DNA from: Octopus vulgaris
Lineage: Eukaryota
Length of the DNA stretch: 64,000 nt
NCBI GenBank assembly: GCA_951406725.2
Contig: OX597833.1
Location: 56,978,001 to 57,042,000, forward strand
Direction of reading: 5' to 3'
This document shows, one piece after another, positions 52,401-62,288 of the stretch. The first letter of the stretch is position 1; each line of letters starts with the position of its first letter. The notes beneath the pieces are model-generated. The model was not told the DNA's origin. It saw only the letters and a list, made by a program, of their open reading frames with translations, and did not search any database. Made by a program: the position numbers and the translations under genes.

Positions 52401-52432
52401 CCAAGAAACCCCTGATAGAAGTTTTGAATTGA
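32837..52432 (+). CDS. ZNHIT2: Zinc finger HIT domain-containing protein 2, 11 coding exons, 408 aa (whole span incl. introns)
   Basis: Manually spliced exons of 74+150+83+42+125+99+117+93+166+165+113 = 1227 nt, all GT..AG and phase-compatible. N-terminal zf-HIT (CVFC..KYTCPRC..YCSVNCY.SEKH..CSESFY), LADRLTGLDLD, W.PWW, AYAY..R.HNGD, ALSDL, KK..FLLSW and C-terminal PLIEVL match the ZNHIT2 family. Confidence 0.93.
33424..33641 (-). mobile_element. SINE family B
   Basis: Head abuts the tRNA-Asn. Confidence 0.88.
33643..33712 (+). tRNA. tRNA-Asn(GTT), probably a pseudogene
   Basis: Near-identical to the conserved metazoan tRNA-Asn (GTCTCTGTGGCGCAATCGG...GTTAACCGAAAGGTTGGTGGTTCGAGCCCAC...GGACG), but with a 4-nt D-loop deletion and one mismatch each in the acceptor and T stems; TTTTT follows at 33721-33725. 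Confidence 0.8.
33731..34277 (+). mobile_element. SINE family A interrupted by a MITE
   Basis: Head at 33731, tail 34165-34277. Confidence 0.88.
33954..34162. mobile_element. 209-bp MITE (TIR GGCGATCTTTCGGTACAAGTAC) with internal CCCTAA repeats
   Basis: ~33-bp TIRs; no TSD; a stretch of the host SINE is missing. Confidence 0.8.
34394..34786. mobile_element. MITE, GGATCTTTTC family
   Basis: TSD CAATATAG/CAATTTAG. Confidence 0.85.
35155..35594. mobile_element. piggyBac-type MITE with a second piggyBac-type MITE nested at 35266-35487
   Basis: TTAA-CCCTTT...AAAGGG-TTAA ends on both elements. Confidence 0.8.
36050..36438 (+). mobile_element. SINE family A
   Basis: Full-length copy. Confidence 0.9.
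36492..36710. mobile_element. piggyBac-type MITE
   Basis: TTAA TSD; same family as the outer element at 35155. Confidence 0.75.
36797..36946 (+). CDS. ZNHIT2: ZNHIT2 exon 2, zf-HIT domain
   Basis: Polypyrimidine/TTTTAG acceptor, GTGAGG donor; CLLNVSKYTCPRCKAVYCSVNCYRSEKHLQCSESFYKNCV. Confidence 0.95.
37080..37560 (-). mobile_element. Two tRNA-derived SINE family D copies (CORE-like)
   Basis: Head GGAGGCGCAATGGCCCAGTGGTTAGGGCAGC..TTTCRATTCCCAG; relatives at 48775-49050 and 53790-53995. Confidence 0.75.
38284..38366 (+). CDS. ZNHIT2: ZNHIT2 exon 3 (QSEREKMIEILKK + acidic tract)
   Basis: TTTTACAG acceptor, GTAAAG donor, phase 2 to 1. Confidence 0.88.
38508..38876 (+). mobile_element. SINE family C with 4 internal tandem units
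   Basis: GGTGGCACGTAAAAAGCACC x4, (GAT)n tail. Confidence 0.85.
39088..39476 (-). mobile_element. SINE family A
   Basis: Full-length copy. Confidence 0.9.
40393..40720 (+). mobile_element. SINE family B, 1.5-unit concatemer
   Basis: Tail GTAAAGAAATAG runs directly into the internal GTATTTC at ~40625. Confidence 0.85.
40891..40932 (+). CDS. ZNHIT2: ZNHIT2 exon 4, 42 nt (GCSLADRLTGLDL)
   Basis: TTTGCAG acceptor, GTAAGT donor, phase 1 to 1; conserved L..RL.GLDL motif. Confidence 0.88.
   Translation, partial: RDAVWLIVLLAWI
41199..41411. mobile_element. piggyBac-type MITE
   Basis: TTAA-CCCTTT...AAAGGG-TTAA. Confidence 0.8.
43356..43480 (+). CDS. ZNHIT2: ZNHIT2 exon 5 (IWDVLTKQEKEEF...WSPWW)
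   Basis: TTTAG acceptor, GTATGA donor, phase 1 to 0; W..LT..E...F and W.PWW motifs. Confidence 0.92.
45328..45426 (+). CDS. ZNHIT2: ZNHIT2 exon 6 (ETSKVEDL...IPHISQILK)
   Basis: TACAG acceptor, GTACAA donor, 99 nt, phase 0 to 0. Confidence 0.85.
45595..46100 (+). mobile_element. RTE (BovB-like) LINE 3' fragment with a family-B SINE nested at 45764-45994
   Basis: RLAYFGHIMRR..GKRGRGRPRTHWLDTIK|ANLKEAAQNR..ESRLRL; the SINE is flanked by 13-bp TSD GGAATGGACATAG. Confidence 0.88.
46275..46634 (-). mobile_element. SINE family A
   Basis: Matches family A. Confidence 0.88.
46691..46807 (+). CDS. ZNHIT2: ZNHIT2 exon 7 (PSSDLRF...YAYAYICRLHNGD)
   Basis: TTGCAG acceptor, GTAAGG donor, 117 nt, phase 0 to 0. 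Confidence 0.92.
46842..47060. mobile_element. piggyBac-type MITE
   Basis: TTAA-CCCTTTTG...CAAAAGGG-TTAA. Confidence 0.8.
47458..47550 (+). CDS. ZNHIT2: ZNHIT2 exon 8 (EVLLLCDVL...SEALHSCL)
   Basis: TTTCCAG acceptor, GTAAGT donor, 93 nt, phase 0 to 0; fills the segment expected from the family. Confidence 0.85.
47970..48372 (+). mobile_element. SINE family A
   Basis: Full-length copy. Confidence 0.9.
49565..49800 (+). mobile_element. Possible non-autonomous Helitron-like 5' end
   Basis: ATCTTAATATATAAAA followed by (CTGT)n, a typical 5' layout; no 3' end recognised. Confidence 0.4.
49820..50036 (+). mobile_element. SINE family C
   Basis: Matches the family C tail. Confidence 0.85.
50148..50313 (+). 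CDS. ZNHIT2: ZNHIT2 exon 9 (IKDIINIIEG...MALSDL)
   Basis: CCCCTAG acceptor, GTAAAC donor, phase 0 to 1. Confidence 0.9.
50450..50860 (+). mobile_element. SINE family A
   Basis: Full-length copy. Confidence 0.9.
50920..51084 (+). CDS. ZNHIT2: ZNHIT2 exon 10 (LFRSEKKILFLLSW)
   Basis: TTGCAG acceptor, GTAAGT donor, phase 1 to 1. Confidence 0.92.
51410..51830 (-). mobile_element. CR1-clade LINE 3' fragment
   Basis: RRLAADLADTHKII..RGHVYKV..FFTLRVAEAWNRL..FK; shorter copies at 56370-56670, 57841-58102 and 20118-20410. Confidence 0.85.
52320..52432 (+). CDS. ZNHIT2: ZNHIT2 exon 11, terminal (WKGKRPPSKKPLIEVLN*)
   Basis: TTCACAG acceptor; TGA at 52430-52432; family C-terminal LIE.L motif. Confidence 0.92.
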
Positions 52433-52477
52433 ACTCACCCCAGAATCTCATCTGCCATGTCATTTCTGTAAATAACT

Positions 52478-52488
52478 AATAAATTAAA
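52478..52488 (+). promoter_or_regulatory. Putative polyadenylation signal of ZNHIT2 (AATAAA/ATTAAA)
   Basis: Overlapping AATAAA and ATTAAA ~45 nt after the stop codon, followed by GT/T-rich sequence. Confidence 0.6.
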
Positions 52489-52544
52489 ATATTTTTCTAG
52501 AATGTATTGTTGACTTGCCTGGTTGAACAGTTTTCACTTCTTTA

Positions 52545-52834
52545 AGATTCGAGCGAGGTCGTTGCTAGTGCCGCTGGACTGGCTCCTGTGCAGGTGGCAC
52601 ATAAAAAGCACCATTTAAGCATGGCCGTTGCCAGTACCACCTGACTGGCACGTAAAAGCACCCACTACACTCTTGGAGTGGTTGGCATTAGGAAGGGCAT
52701 CCAGCTGTGGAAACTCTGCCAGATCAGATTGGAGTCTGGTGCAGGCATCTGGTTCACCAGACCTCAGTCAAAATCGTCCAACCCATGCTAGCATGGAAAG
52801 CAGACGTTAAACGATGATAATGATGATGATGATG
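52545..52834 (+). mobile_element. SINE family C
   Basis: Matches family C. Confidence 0.85.
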
Positions 52835-54964
52835 AACCCTTTCTTGGAAATGTGTTTCTGATGGAATGTTACACTTGTTTTTTGTCTTTTGCTTGCTTCA
52901 ATCACTGGATTGTGGCCATGCTGGAGCACCACCTTGAAGGGTTTCGAGCAAATCAACCCCAGTACTTAGTTTGGTACTTATTCTGTTGTGTCCTTTTGCT
53001 AAACTGCTAAGTTATGGGGATGTAAATAAAAGAACACTGTCAGGCAGCAGAAAGACAAACACATGTACACACACACACAGATATATGACAAGCTTCTTTC
53101 AGTCTCCATCTACCAAATCCACTCACAAGGCTTTAGTAGGCCTGAGGCTATAGTAGAAGACATTTGCCTAAGGTGCCATGCAGTGGGACTGAACCCGGAA
53201 CCATGTGGTTGGAAAGCAAGCTTCCTACCTCACAGCCTTGTATATTTCTGTGTGTGTTTCTTTTGATGTTGAGAAGTACTGTCACCAAAACAGGTTCCAT
53301 GTCCAGTCAACTGTGCCAAATTGTCAACATCCAAACGGCCATGCCCATTCAACACCTTCCACTCTCAACCCCTAAACCCTTTACAAAGCTCAAAGGAGAC
53401 CCACAAATAAGTACGGTTCTCACATCCAGATAACACTCTAGACTGCACTGGAAGGCCACTTGATGGGTATAGCGGTCTTTCAAAAATACACTCCAACCTC
53501 TCACCCACAAACAGTAACAGAAAGAAAGAAAGAAAAAAAGAAAATACTGAGACAGGCAGTGCCCCAGCATGGCCACAACTAACTGTGAAATCGGTAAAAG
53601 AGACTGTCAGCAATGATTGATACCTCTGAAGCAATGCAAAAGACTCTGGATGGCAAAATATAACGATGACAAAGACTGAGTGGGCAAATGTGGAGAGGAT
53701 CTTGATGATGATGAGGATGGCGACAATGACAATTTCAATGATGTTCTGTTAGCGAAGAAGAAAAAGAGGATGACAACAACAACAGTGAGTGGAGACGCAA
53801 TGGCCCAGTGGTTAGGGCAGCGGACCTGCGTTCGTAAGAATGTGGTTTCGATTCCCAGACCGGGCATTGTGAGTGTTTATTGAGCAAAAACACCTAAGCT
53901 CCACGAGGCTCCAGCGAGCGGTGGTGGTGGACCCTGCTGTACTCTTTCACCACAACTTTCTCTCTTTCTTCCTACTTCTGCCACAAAGCAGAGGAACCAT
54001 GGTGTAACCCACTATGGTGTGGTAAAACTTTCAGACCCTAGTCTAGATTGTGAATCCTCTGTACACCAGGATGGTTCAGTTCTCCACTCATTAAAAAGCC
54101 ACCTTTTACGGAATGAGGATAACAACGTAGCTTTCGCGCCCGTGCAACCGCCAGCCTATCGCGTGTGGTGGTTGGATCTTCAAGTTGCCACACACTTTCT
54201 TAGTAGCTTAGAGTAGGCTCGAATTAGAGATTATTCTTTGTGGCTAATGGCGTGAGTCCTGATTGGAAGAATGAAGAAGAAGGAGAAGTAGAAGAAGGAG
54301 GAGGAGGAGAAAAAGAAGAAGACAGCAACAGAGATGATGATAGAACTTGTGCTAGTCCTGAATATGGCAATAAGGATGCTGATGCTGATAAGAGCATTTT
54401 GATGGAAACGATAATGGCAATGTTGAATGATTATGATGATGATGATGATAATGTAGTGGTGAAGATAGTGATGATAATGATAATGATGATGTCAGTGACA
54501 ATAAGTGGCTAGGATTGGCAGTTTCTGGTTGCTGCGATGATGATGATGATGATGATTACATCGGCATTATTACCGAAAGGAACAAACAAAAAAGAAAAAA
54601 AAATGAAGGTGGTGATGGGTGTGTGGTTGGCTAAGTAAGCTGGGATGCTGAACACAAAATGAAAACTGAAGTCACCTATTAACTTGTCAAAGACGCCCCC
54701 TTCATCTTCCACAACAACTGTTACAGCAGTAACGACTGCCAGATGAGGCCAGTTCGGAAGAAACTCCCACATTGACTGAACACGTTACAAAGTGTTAGTG
54801 AATGGGTAAATGAATTAACAGCCATGTCGAAGAGGAAGGTCAAAAACAAGGTTACACGGGGACATTTCCATATATGAGATATGGCTGAAAAACAAAAATC
54901 AAACAAAAAAAGGGAGTTAAAAAAATGTAATTCTACTTTTTTTTGAAATTATATTCAATAGTTG

Positions 54965-55922
54965 CAGGTGTGGTAAGTAGCTTGCTTACCAACCACATGG
55001 TTCCGGGTTCAGTCCCACTGTGTGGCACCTTGGGCAAGTGTCTTCTACTATAGCCTCGGGCCGACCAAAGCCTTGTGAGTGGATTTGGTAGACGGAAACT
55101 GAAAGAAGCCTGTAGTATATATGTATATATATATATATATATATATGTGTATGAGTGTGTGTTTGTCCCCCTAGCATTGCTTGACAACCGATGCTGGTGT
55201 GTTTACATCCCTGTCACTTAGCGGTTCGGCAAAAGAGACCGATAGAATAAGTACTGGGCTTACAAAGAATAAGTCCCGGGGTCGAGTTGCTTGATTAAAG
55301 GCGGTGCTCCAGCATGGCCGCAGTCAAAATGACTGAAACAAGTAAAAAGAAAAAAAGAAAATAGGTGCAGGTGTGGCTGTGTCGTAAGAAGTTGGCTTCC
55401 CAACCAATTGGTTCCGGGTTCAGTCCCACTGCACAGTACCTTGGGCAAGAGTCTTATACTATAGCCATGGGCTGATCAAAGCCTTGTGAGTGAATTTGGG
55501 AGATGGAGACTGAAAGAAGCCTGTCGTATATTGTGTGTGTGTGTGTGTGTGTATGTGTGTGTGAGTGTGTGTGTGTCTCTTTGTCTGCCACAACTGTTTG
55601 ACAACCATTCTTTGTAAGCCTAGTACTTATTCTATCGGTCTCTTTTGCTGAACCGCTAAGTGATGGGGACGTAAACACACCAGCATCGGTTGTCAAGCAA
55701 TGCTAGGGGGACAAACACAGACACACAAACATATACACACACATACATACATATATACGACAGGCTTCTTTCAGTTTCCATCTACCAAATCCACTCACAA
55801 GGCATTGGTCGGCCCGAGGCTATAGCAGATGACACTTGCCCAAGATGCCACGCAGTGGGACTGAACCCGGAACCATGTGGTTGGTAAGCAAGCTACTTAC
55901 CACACAGCCACTCCTGCGCCTA
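54965..55922. mobile_element. Cluster of three family-A SINEs (+, +, -)
   Basis: 54965-55350 (+), 55363-55600 (+), 55606-55922 (-). Confidence 0.88.
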
Positions 55923-55949
55923 TACTCTGAAGGTTTGATGGGACTTGTA

Positions 55950-56200
55950 GATAGTTTCTGTTACAGAGACAACCTAATTAGTGAAGCATGGAAGAAATAC
56001 AAATGTTAATGTGGTGACCTAATAATAGCTAAAGTAATTAAGAGCTGAAGCAGATTCAGTGTTAATGCAGTAACTTAATTAGTAGCTAGAGTAAGAAAGG
56101 TGTGCAAGAAAATCAGTGTTAATGTAGTGACCTATTTAATAGCAGAAGTAATTAGGAGAAAGAAGAAATTGAATATTAACGATATGACTTAATTAGATGA
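55950..56200. repeat. Degenerate ~57-bp tandem repeat
   Basis: GTTAATG..GTGACCTAAT units at 56005, 56061, 56118 and 56175. Confidence 0.7.
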
Positions 56201-56321
56201 TGTTGTCTAACCACAGGTCAACTCTAATTAAGTAGACCTTATGATCAAAGGCTTTCCAAAGGTAACCGTCCCATATTTTTAGTGCTAATGTAGGTTACAA
56301 GACTGTAAAAATGTGATTTAA

Positions 56322-56362
56322 CCCTTTAGTATTTTAACTGGCCAAAAGTATTCAGCCTGTTT

Positions 56363-56402
<40 letters not shown>

Positions 56403-56840
56403 AATTATTGTATACAGTGCTCAGGTGCACCACAACTTGTCAGAAAGTGCGTATAAAGCATATGCAGTAATGTACAAATGTCTGGAAAGTGAACAATGTA
56501 TGAGTCAGATACATGCTTGTGTGTGTATACAGGGGAGAAAATCAGGTGTAGTGTTGGCGAATCTCAGGAAGCATGGAAGTTTTGAAGGATGCAGTGCTCC
56601 GACAACTAACAACTGATGCTGGCAGTTTGTTCCATGCTTCAGCAACTCTCAGCGTGAAAAAATGTTTCCTAATGATCAAACTGACCAGATCTGGTCTCTC
56701 ATACCAACCCTACAATATCGTTTTAAAAATTAACAGCTACCTCATCGAAATCTCATAGCTACAAGATAATGCATGATTAATTCAAAACAATGTGGATAAA
56801 AAAGGATTAATTTTGTCAGAATCATGTGAACACTAAAGGG
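56322..56840. mobile_element. piggyBac-type MITE interrupted by a CR1 tail
   Basis: TTAA-CCCTTTAG...CTAAAGGG-TTAA. Confidence 0.75.
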
Positions 56841-58179
56841 TTAATGGAGATTTGGCTGCTATTTCCATGAGGGATTTACCTCAGGTAAGAACATAGTGTT
56901 TCTCAAGCTAGCATGAATAATGCTATATAATTGTTTGCCCTTCTAGAAATAATAGTCAAATTTCCCTCGGATTACACCCAACCATCTTAAGAAACAGGAA
57001 ATATTGGATAATGTAGTTATGGACACACTATGCTTAGAGAAAAAGAAAAAACAAAAGCAGGATGGTCACAGCTGGATCACTTTTGGTTGTAGGTGTTCCA
57101 GGATCAGAAGTAACCTGGGATTAAATAATCCTTTTTTTCTTTGGCACAAGGCATGAAATTTAGGGGGAAGGGGCAGTCGATTAGATTGACCCCAGTATGC
57201 AACTGGTATTTAATTTATCGACCCCGAGAGGATGAAAGGCAAAGTCGACCTCAGCAGAATTTGAACTCAGAACATAGTGGCAGACAAAATACCGTGAAAC
57301 ATTTTGTCTAGTGTGCTAACAATTCTGCCAGCCTATCGCCTTTTCCTGGGGGTTAAATAATAAAATAATGTCTCTCTACATGCAAAAGGTGGATCGTTTA
57401 AACCTTTTGATACCTACCCACTCAAGCCTGTCCCTGGTCCCATGATATAAAACTTCCTGTTTTAAAATGATCAAAAAACTTTCTTTCAAAACTTAATGCT
57501 TATTTATATGTCCCAAACAAGGCAGTAAGGTGGTAGGATTGTTTCCGCACCCGGCAAAATGGTTAATGGCATTGTCTGTTTTTATCTTCAGAGTTCAAAA
57601 TCTGCCGACCTGGGCCCTCAGAAAGGAAGCTTCATTGTTTGAAGAGAATTGTGGAAAACAAATCCCATTCGAAGGCTGCTGCCATTGCAAAACAGCTAGA
57701 TGTTAGTCCAAGAACGTGTAATACATATCTGAATAAGTTTCGGTATTATGGATGAGCAGCTAGAAGAAAACCTCTCCTTCAACCAATTAATATCAAAAAA
57801 AAGATTTTGAAAATTAAAGGTGTCTATTTTCTTCCTGCATAATAATAATAATGAAATTATTGTATACAGTGCACAGGTGCACCACAACTTGTCAGAAAGT
57901 GCATATAAAGCATATGCAGTAATGTACAAATGTCTGGAAAGCGAACAATGTATGAGTCAGACACATGCTTGTGTGTATATAGAGGGGAGAAAATCAGGTG
58001 TAGTGTTGGCGAATCTCAGAAAGCCTGGAAGTTTTGAAGGATGCAGTGCTCTGACAACTAACAACTGATGCCGGCAGTTTGTTCCATGCTTCAGCAACTC
58101 TCACAATGTATATATAGTTTCTGTTATTTAGGTAACCAAATGGTGATGGATGCTCTGAAAGTATTGTTTCCAGAATAAG

Positions 58180-58503
58180 AATAGGGTGGAGGAAGTTCAG
58201 AGAACTAATACCTCTGTTGGCAGCAAAAGGACTCTCTCTCTCAGAGTGAAAGGTAGACTGTATGATGCTTGTGTGAGAACAGCTGTGTTACATGGTAGTG
58301 AGACGTGGGCTCTGACTGTGGAGGACATGTATTGGCTGGAGAGGAATGAAGGTAGTATGCACCGTTGGATTTGCAACATCAGTGTGCATGACTGACGAAG
58401 CACAACTGTGTTGAGCGAAAAGTTAGGCATAAGAGGGGTTAAATGTACGCAGGAGAGGAGAATGTGTTGGTTTGGACATGTGATGCATATGAGTGAAGAC
58501 AGA
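58180..58503 (+). mobile_element. RTE LINE ORF fragment
   Basis: LSLRVKGRLYDACVRTAVLHGSETW..MHRWIC..WFGHVMHM. Confidence 0.85.
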
Positions 58504-58555
58504 TGTATATATATATATATATGTGTGTATGTGTGTGTATACATATATATGTATA

Positions 58556-58962
58556 TACTCTTTACTCTTTTACTTGTTTCAGTCATTTGATTGCGGCCAT
58601 GCTGGAGCACCGCCTTTAGTCGAGCAACTCGACCCCGGGACTTATTCTTTTGTAAGCTCAGTACTTATTCTATCGGTCTCTTTTGCCGAACCGCTAAGTA
58701 ATGGGGACATAAACACACCAGCATCGGTTGTCAAGCAATGCTAGGGGGACAAACACAGACACACAAACACACACACGCATATATATATATACATATATAC
58801 AACAGGCTTCTTTCAGTTTCCGTCTACCAAATCCACTCACAAGGCATTGTTCGACCCGAGGCTATAGTAGAAGACACTTGCCCAAGGTGCCACGCAGTGG
58901 GACTGAACCCGGAACCATGTGGTTGGTAAACAAGCTACTTACCACACAGCCACTCCTGCGCC
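58556..58962 (-). mobile_element. SINE family A
   Basis: Full-length copy. Confidence 0.9.
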
Positions 58963-59693
58963 TATATATATATATATGATGATGATGATGATATATATAT
59001 GTATATATATATTTATATATCCTCTCTTCAATAACATTTTACGGGAACGAAACATTGCAATCACTGCCTCCCCACCACTTCTCTCTCTGCCATTACCATC
59101 TTTGCCACCACTCCCTACCACCCACTGAATTCACACTAGCTAAGTTTCACATTTACAGTTAAGGATCTATATACCAAAGGAAGCAATATTTCATAAACAC
59201 GCTTGTTTCCACTGAACGACCTCTTCCATTCCACAAAACTGTCTGGAGACGCCAGACAGATGCGACGCCTCATCAATCATATCGAACTGCTTTGAATCTT
59301 GTGTATGTTATGAAAATGTCTGTCTTTCAAATATTTATTTGTCTTTTTCTTTTCTTTTTTTTTTTTGAGGGAGGCGGCGGGTGTCTCGCTTCTTTTGTTT
59401 TTTCCTTTTTTTTTGTTGTTGTTTCTCACAAATGTTTGTATGTGTGTATATATATATATGTATATATTTGTGTGTATCTATAGGTATATGTTTGAAATTT
59501 TGTTTCATTTACATATTTTAAGTTCATTATATATATATATATACAAAAAGCAATAAAGATTCAAGTTAATTTAAATGAATTTACTTGAATATGGTACCTA
59601 ACTTAGATGCACCAAAAAAAAACTATACTGTTTTAACAATACAATAATGTGGGGTGATTATAAGCGAGAAAGAAGCAACAAGAATGGATAGGT

Positions 59694-59784
59694 TTTTAGT
59701 ACAATCGTTTCATACAAGGACAGGCTTTATTAAAAGTTGCAAAAATTACAGCATATAAACGTGTCCTGTACTCATCAGCTAAAA
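59694..59784 (-). ncRNA. Type I hammerhead ribozyme (Penelope-like element context)
   Basis: Minus strand: UUUUAG-CUGAUGA-[60-nt stem II]-GAAA-CGAUUG-UA-CUAAAA; 6-bp stem I, intact core, GUA cleavage triplet. Confidence 0.75.
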
Positions 59785-61177
59785 TACATATGAGTTCTCT
59801 AGACATCCTATTGGTTGAGGCTATACTCATGAAGTAGATAATTAAGTAACATAAACAGATTTCCAAAGTTCATTAAAGTTCTATAAAGATGATGTACAGT
59901 CTTATCACAGAATTTTAAAAAGTTTTAACAGCATCACAGAGAAGGTGACCTAATCCATAGTGCACATATGAATTTCCAGAGATATGATGAGGGATTACAT
60001 ACTCACAGACGACAAATTTATCCATTGTTAATCACAACGAGGTGGGTCTCAATTCCTGCTTATTAGCATTACAGAGAGGGTGAATTAATCCTTTGTATAG
60101 ATGCACAATTTCCAATGGTGTAGATGTAAATTTCCAGAGAAATGAAGAGGAATTTCATATTCACAGGCGATAAATTTATCAATGGTTGAACACAATGAGG
60201 TAGGTATCAATTCTTGTTATATGATTAGGTATTTGCCACATTAATCACATTACTGCTATTTACAAGAGGCAGTAGCTATTTAACTTTTAAAGGCTGAAGG
60301 GCTTTCTAGAGAGGCAAAGAATAGAAAAGGGGAGGGAATAGAAGAAAAGAGAGAAAATAAAGGAGGGGGAGCAAAAAGGGGGGGGAGAGGGACTAAAAGA
60401 GAAGAGAAAAGGAAAAAGAGGATAGGAAGAAGAAAAAGAAAAAGAGAAAAGAGAAAGAAATAGGGAAAGAAGGGAAAAAAGAAAAAGAAAAAAAGAGGGT
60501 TCTAGTTATACAGAAGAATTAGCAGACGGCAAGTCTGGTTTTAATCTACAGGCATCTAGGAACTAGAGGAGAATATTATTCTTTGACCAGTAAAACAGCT
60601 AATTTATTGCTGTTGAAATCAGCTATGAATTTAAAGAGAATCTAAAGAGATAACACAGTCAGGGGTTTAGGGGTCAGATGCTAAAATCAGAAGAAAATAC
60701 ATTAGGAAAATCTAAGTATAATCTTATCAAAAAGTCATTAAAGTTTACTTATTTAATTTATTCATTTTATTGTCTTAAGGAGTTGCCTTTATTATTCATA
60801 CATTGACGGACTACAGGTCAAATCTTAAAAGATCATTTACAAGGTGTTAGGAGATTGTCTATCATAATGAAGATAATCATATTATCACCGAGGGAGTAGC
60901 CTTATTTATTTAATTTTGAAATAGAATTATGGGGCTATAGTAACTCATTTTATTTTATATATATTTTATATATATATATACATATATATATATAATGAAC
61001 TTATATGTGTGTATGCATATATATATATATATACATACACACACATACATGTATACCCACACCCACTCACATATATATACATGCATATAAACACATATCT
61101 ATACACATATATATATAATATGCATCATATATATATGTATATATACACATACTTATACACACATACATATATACATA

Positions 61178-61281
<104 letters not shown>

Positions 61282-61664
61282 CATACTTACATATACACAC
61301 GTATTTATGTAGATATATTCCAGCATGGAAAATGGATGTTAAGCAATGATGATAATTCTGTGATTCATATCTATCTGTCCAGCCATATCTACACACACAC
61401 ACACACACGCACACACACACACACTCATGTAAATACATTGGCCTTACATTTAAAAGACTAAATAATCAATACGTTTCTAATTGTCTTTCTATCCCAATCA
61501 ACATATCTCAGTAAAACCTATCTGACCAATGAAACAGACCAATCATATTTGCTAACAAATCAAACCACTCTCTCTTTCAGTTGTTACCAGCAGCAACAAT
61601 GACAACAACAACAACAGCAACAATATATAATAATGATAACAACAACAACAACAATAATATTAAT

Positions 61665-61850
61665 AGAAAACAAACTATGCTGGATCATAGACATAGCATG
61701 CCCAGCTGACAACAAGGTATGCCATAAGGAAGAAAGAAAAGTCGTGAGATATGACAGGTTAGCTTAGGAAGTTAAGCAATTGTGGTCGATGAAAAAGGTA
61801 GCAGTAGTACCAATAATTGTCGGAGCCCTGGGAACAGTGAGCAAAAAATC
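61665..61850 (+). mobile_element. R4/Dong-type LINE restriction-like endonuclease relic
   Basis: WIIDIACPADNKV..KEERKVVRYDRLA*EVKQLWSMKKVAVVPIIVGALGTV. Confidence 0.8.
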
Positions 61851-61976
61851 TCACTCACAAGGCTTTGGTGAGCCCAAGGCTATAGTAGAAGACACTTGCC
61901 CAAGGTGCCACGCAGTGGGAATGAACCCGGAACCATGTGGCTGGTAAGCAAGCTACTTACCACTCAATCACTCCTG

Positions 61977-62027
<51 letters not shown>

Positions 62028-62132
62028 TATATAGTTAATCCAAACAAGAAAGCACAAAAAAAACACAACAACGTGAGAACGTGGAACAAATATAGTATTA
62101 TTGGACGCTCAGGAAAGAAGGAAAGAAGGAGG

Positions 62133-62168
62133 GTTTAACGTTTCGAGCGGACCTCTTCGTCGGAAACA
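62133..62168 (-). ncRNA. Minimal hammerhead-like motif (U4C variant) in a Penelope-like terminal repeat
   Basis: Minus strand GUUU-CCGACGA-A-GAG..CUC-GAAACGUU-AAAC. Confidence 0.5.
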
Positions 62169-62248
62169 TAGGAGAAGGAAAGATCCAGAGAAGGGAAGAC
62201 AGAGAAAAAAAAATCGCCAACGGTACACACGAGGTCACATTTTGAAAG

Positions 62249-62288
<40 letters not shown>

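Noticed and set aside
54240-54560. Acidic 90-aa ORF
   Set aside because: Composed of (GAA/GAG/GAT)n trinucleotide repeats, with no splice signals.
54690-54883. Minus-strand acceptor at ~54883 with a short open frame
   Set aside because: No recognisable protein, donor or partner exon.
59158-59295. Protein-like peptide DLFHSTKLSGDARQMRRLINHIELL
   Set aside because: An in-frame stop lies between the nearest acceptor and the peptide; no support.
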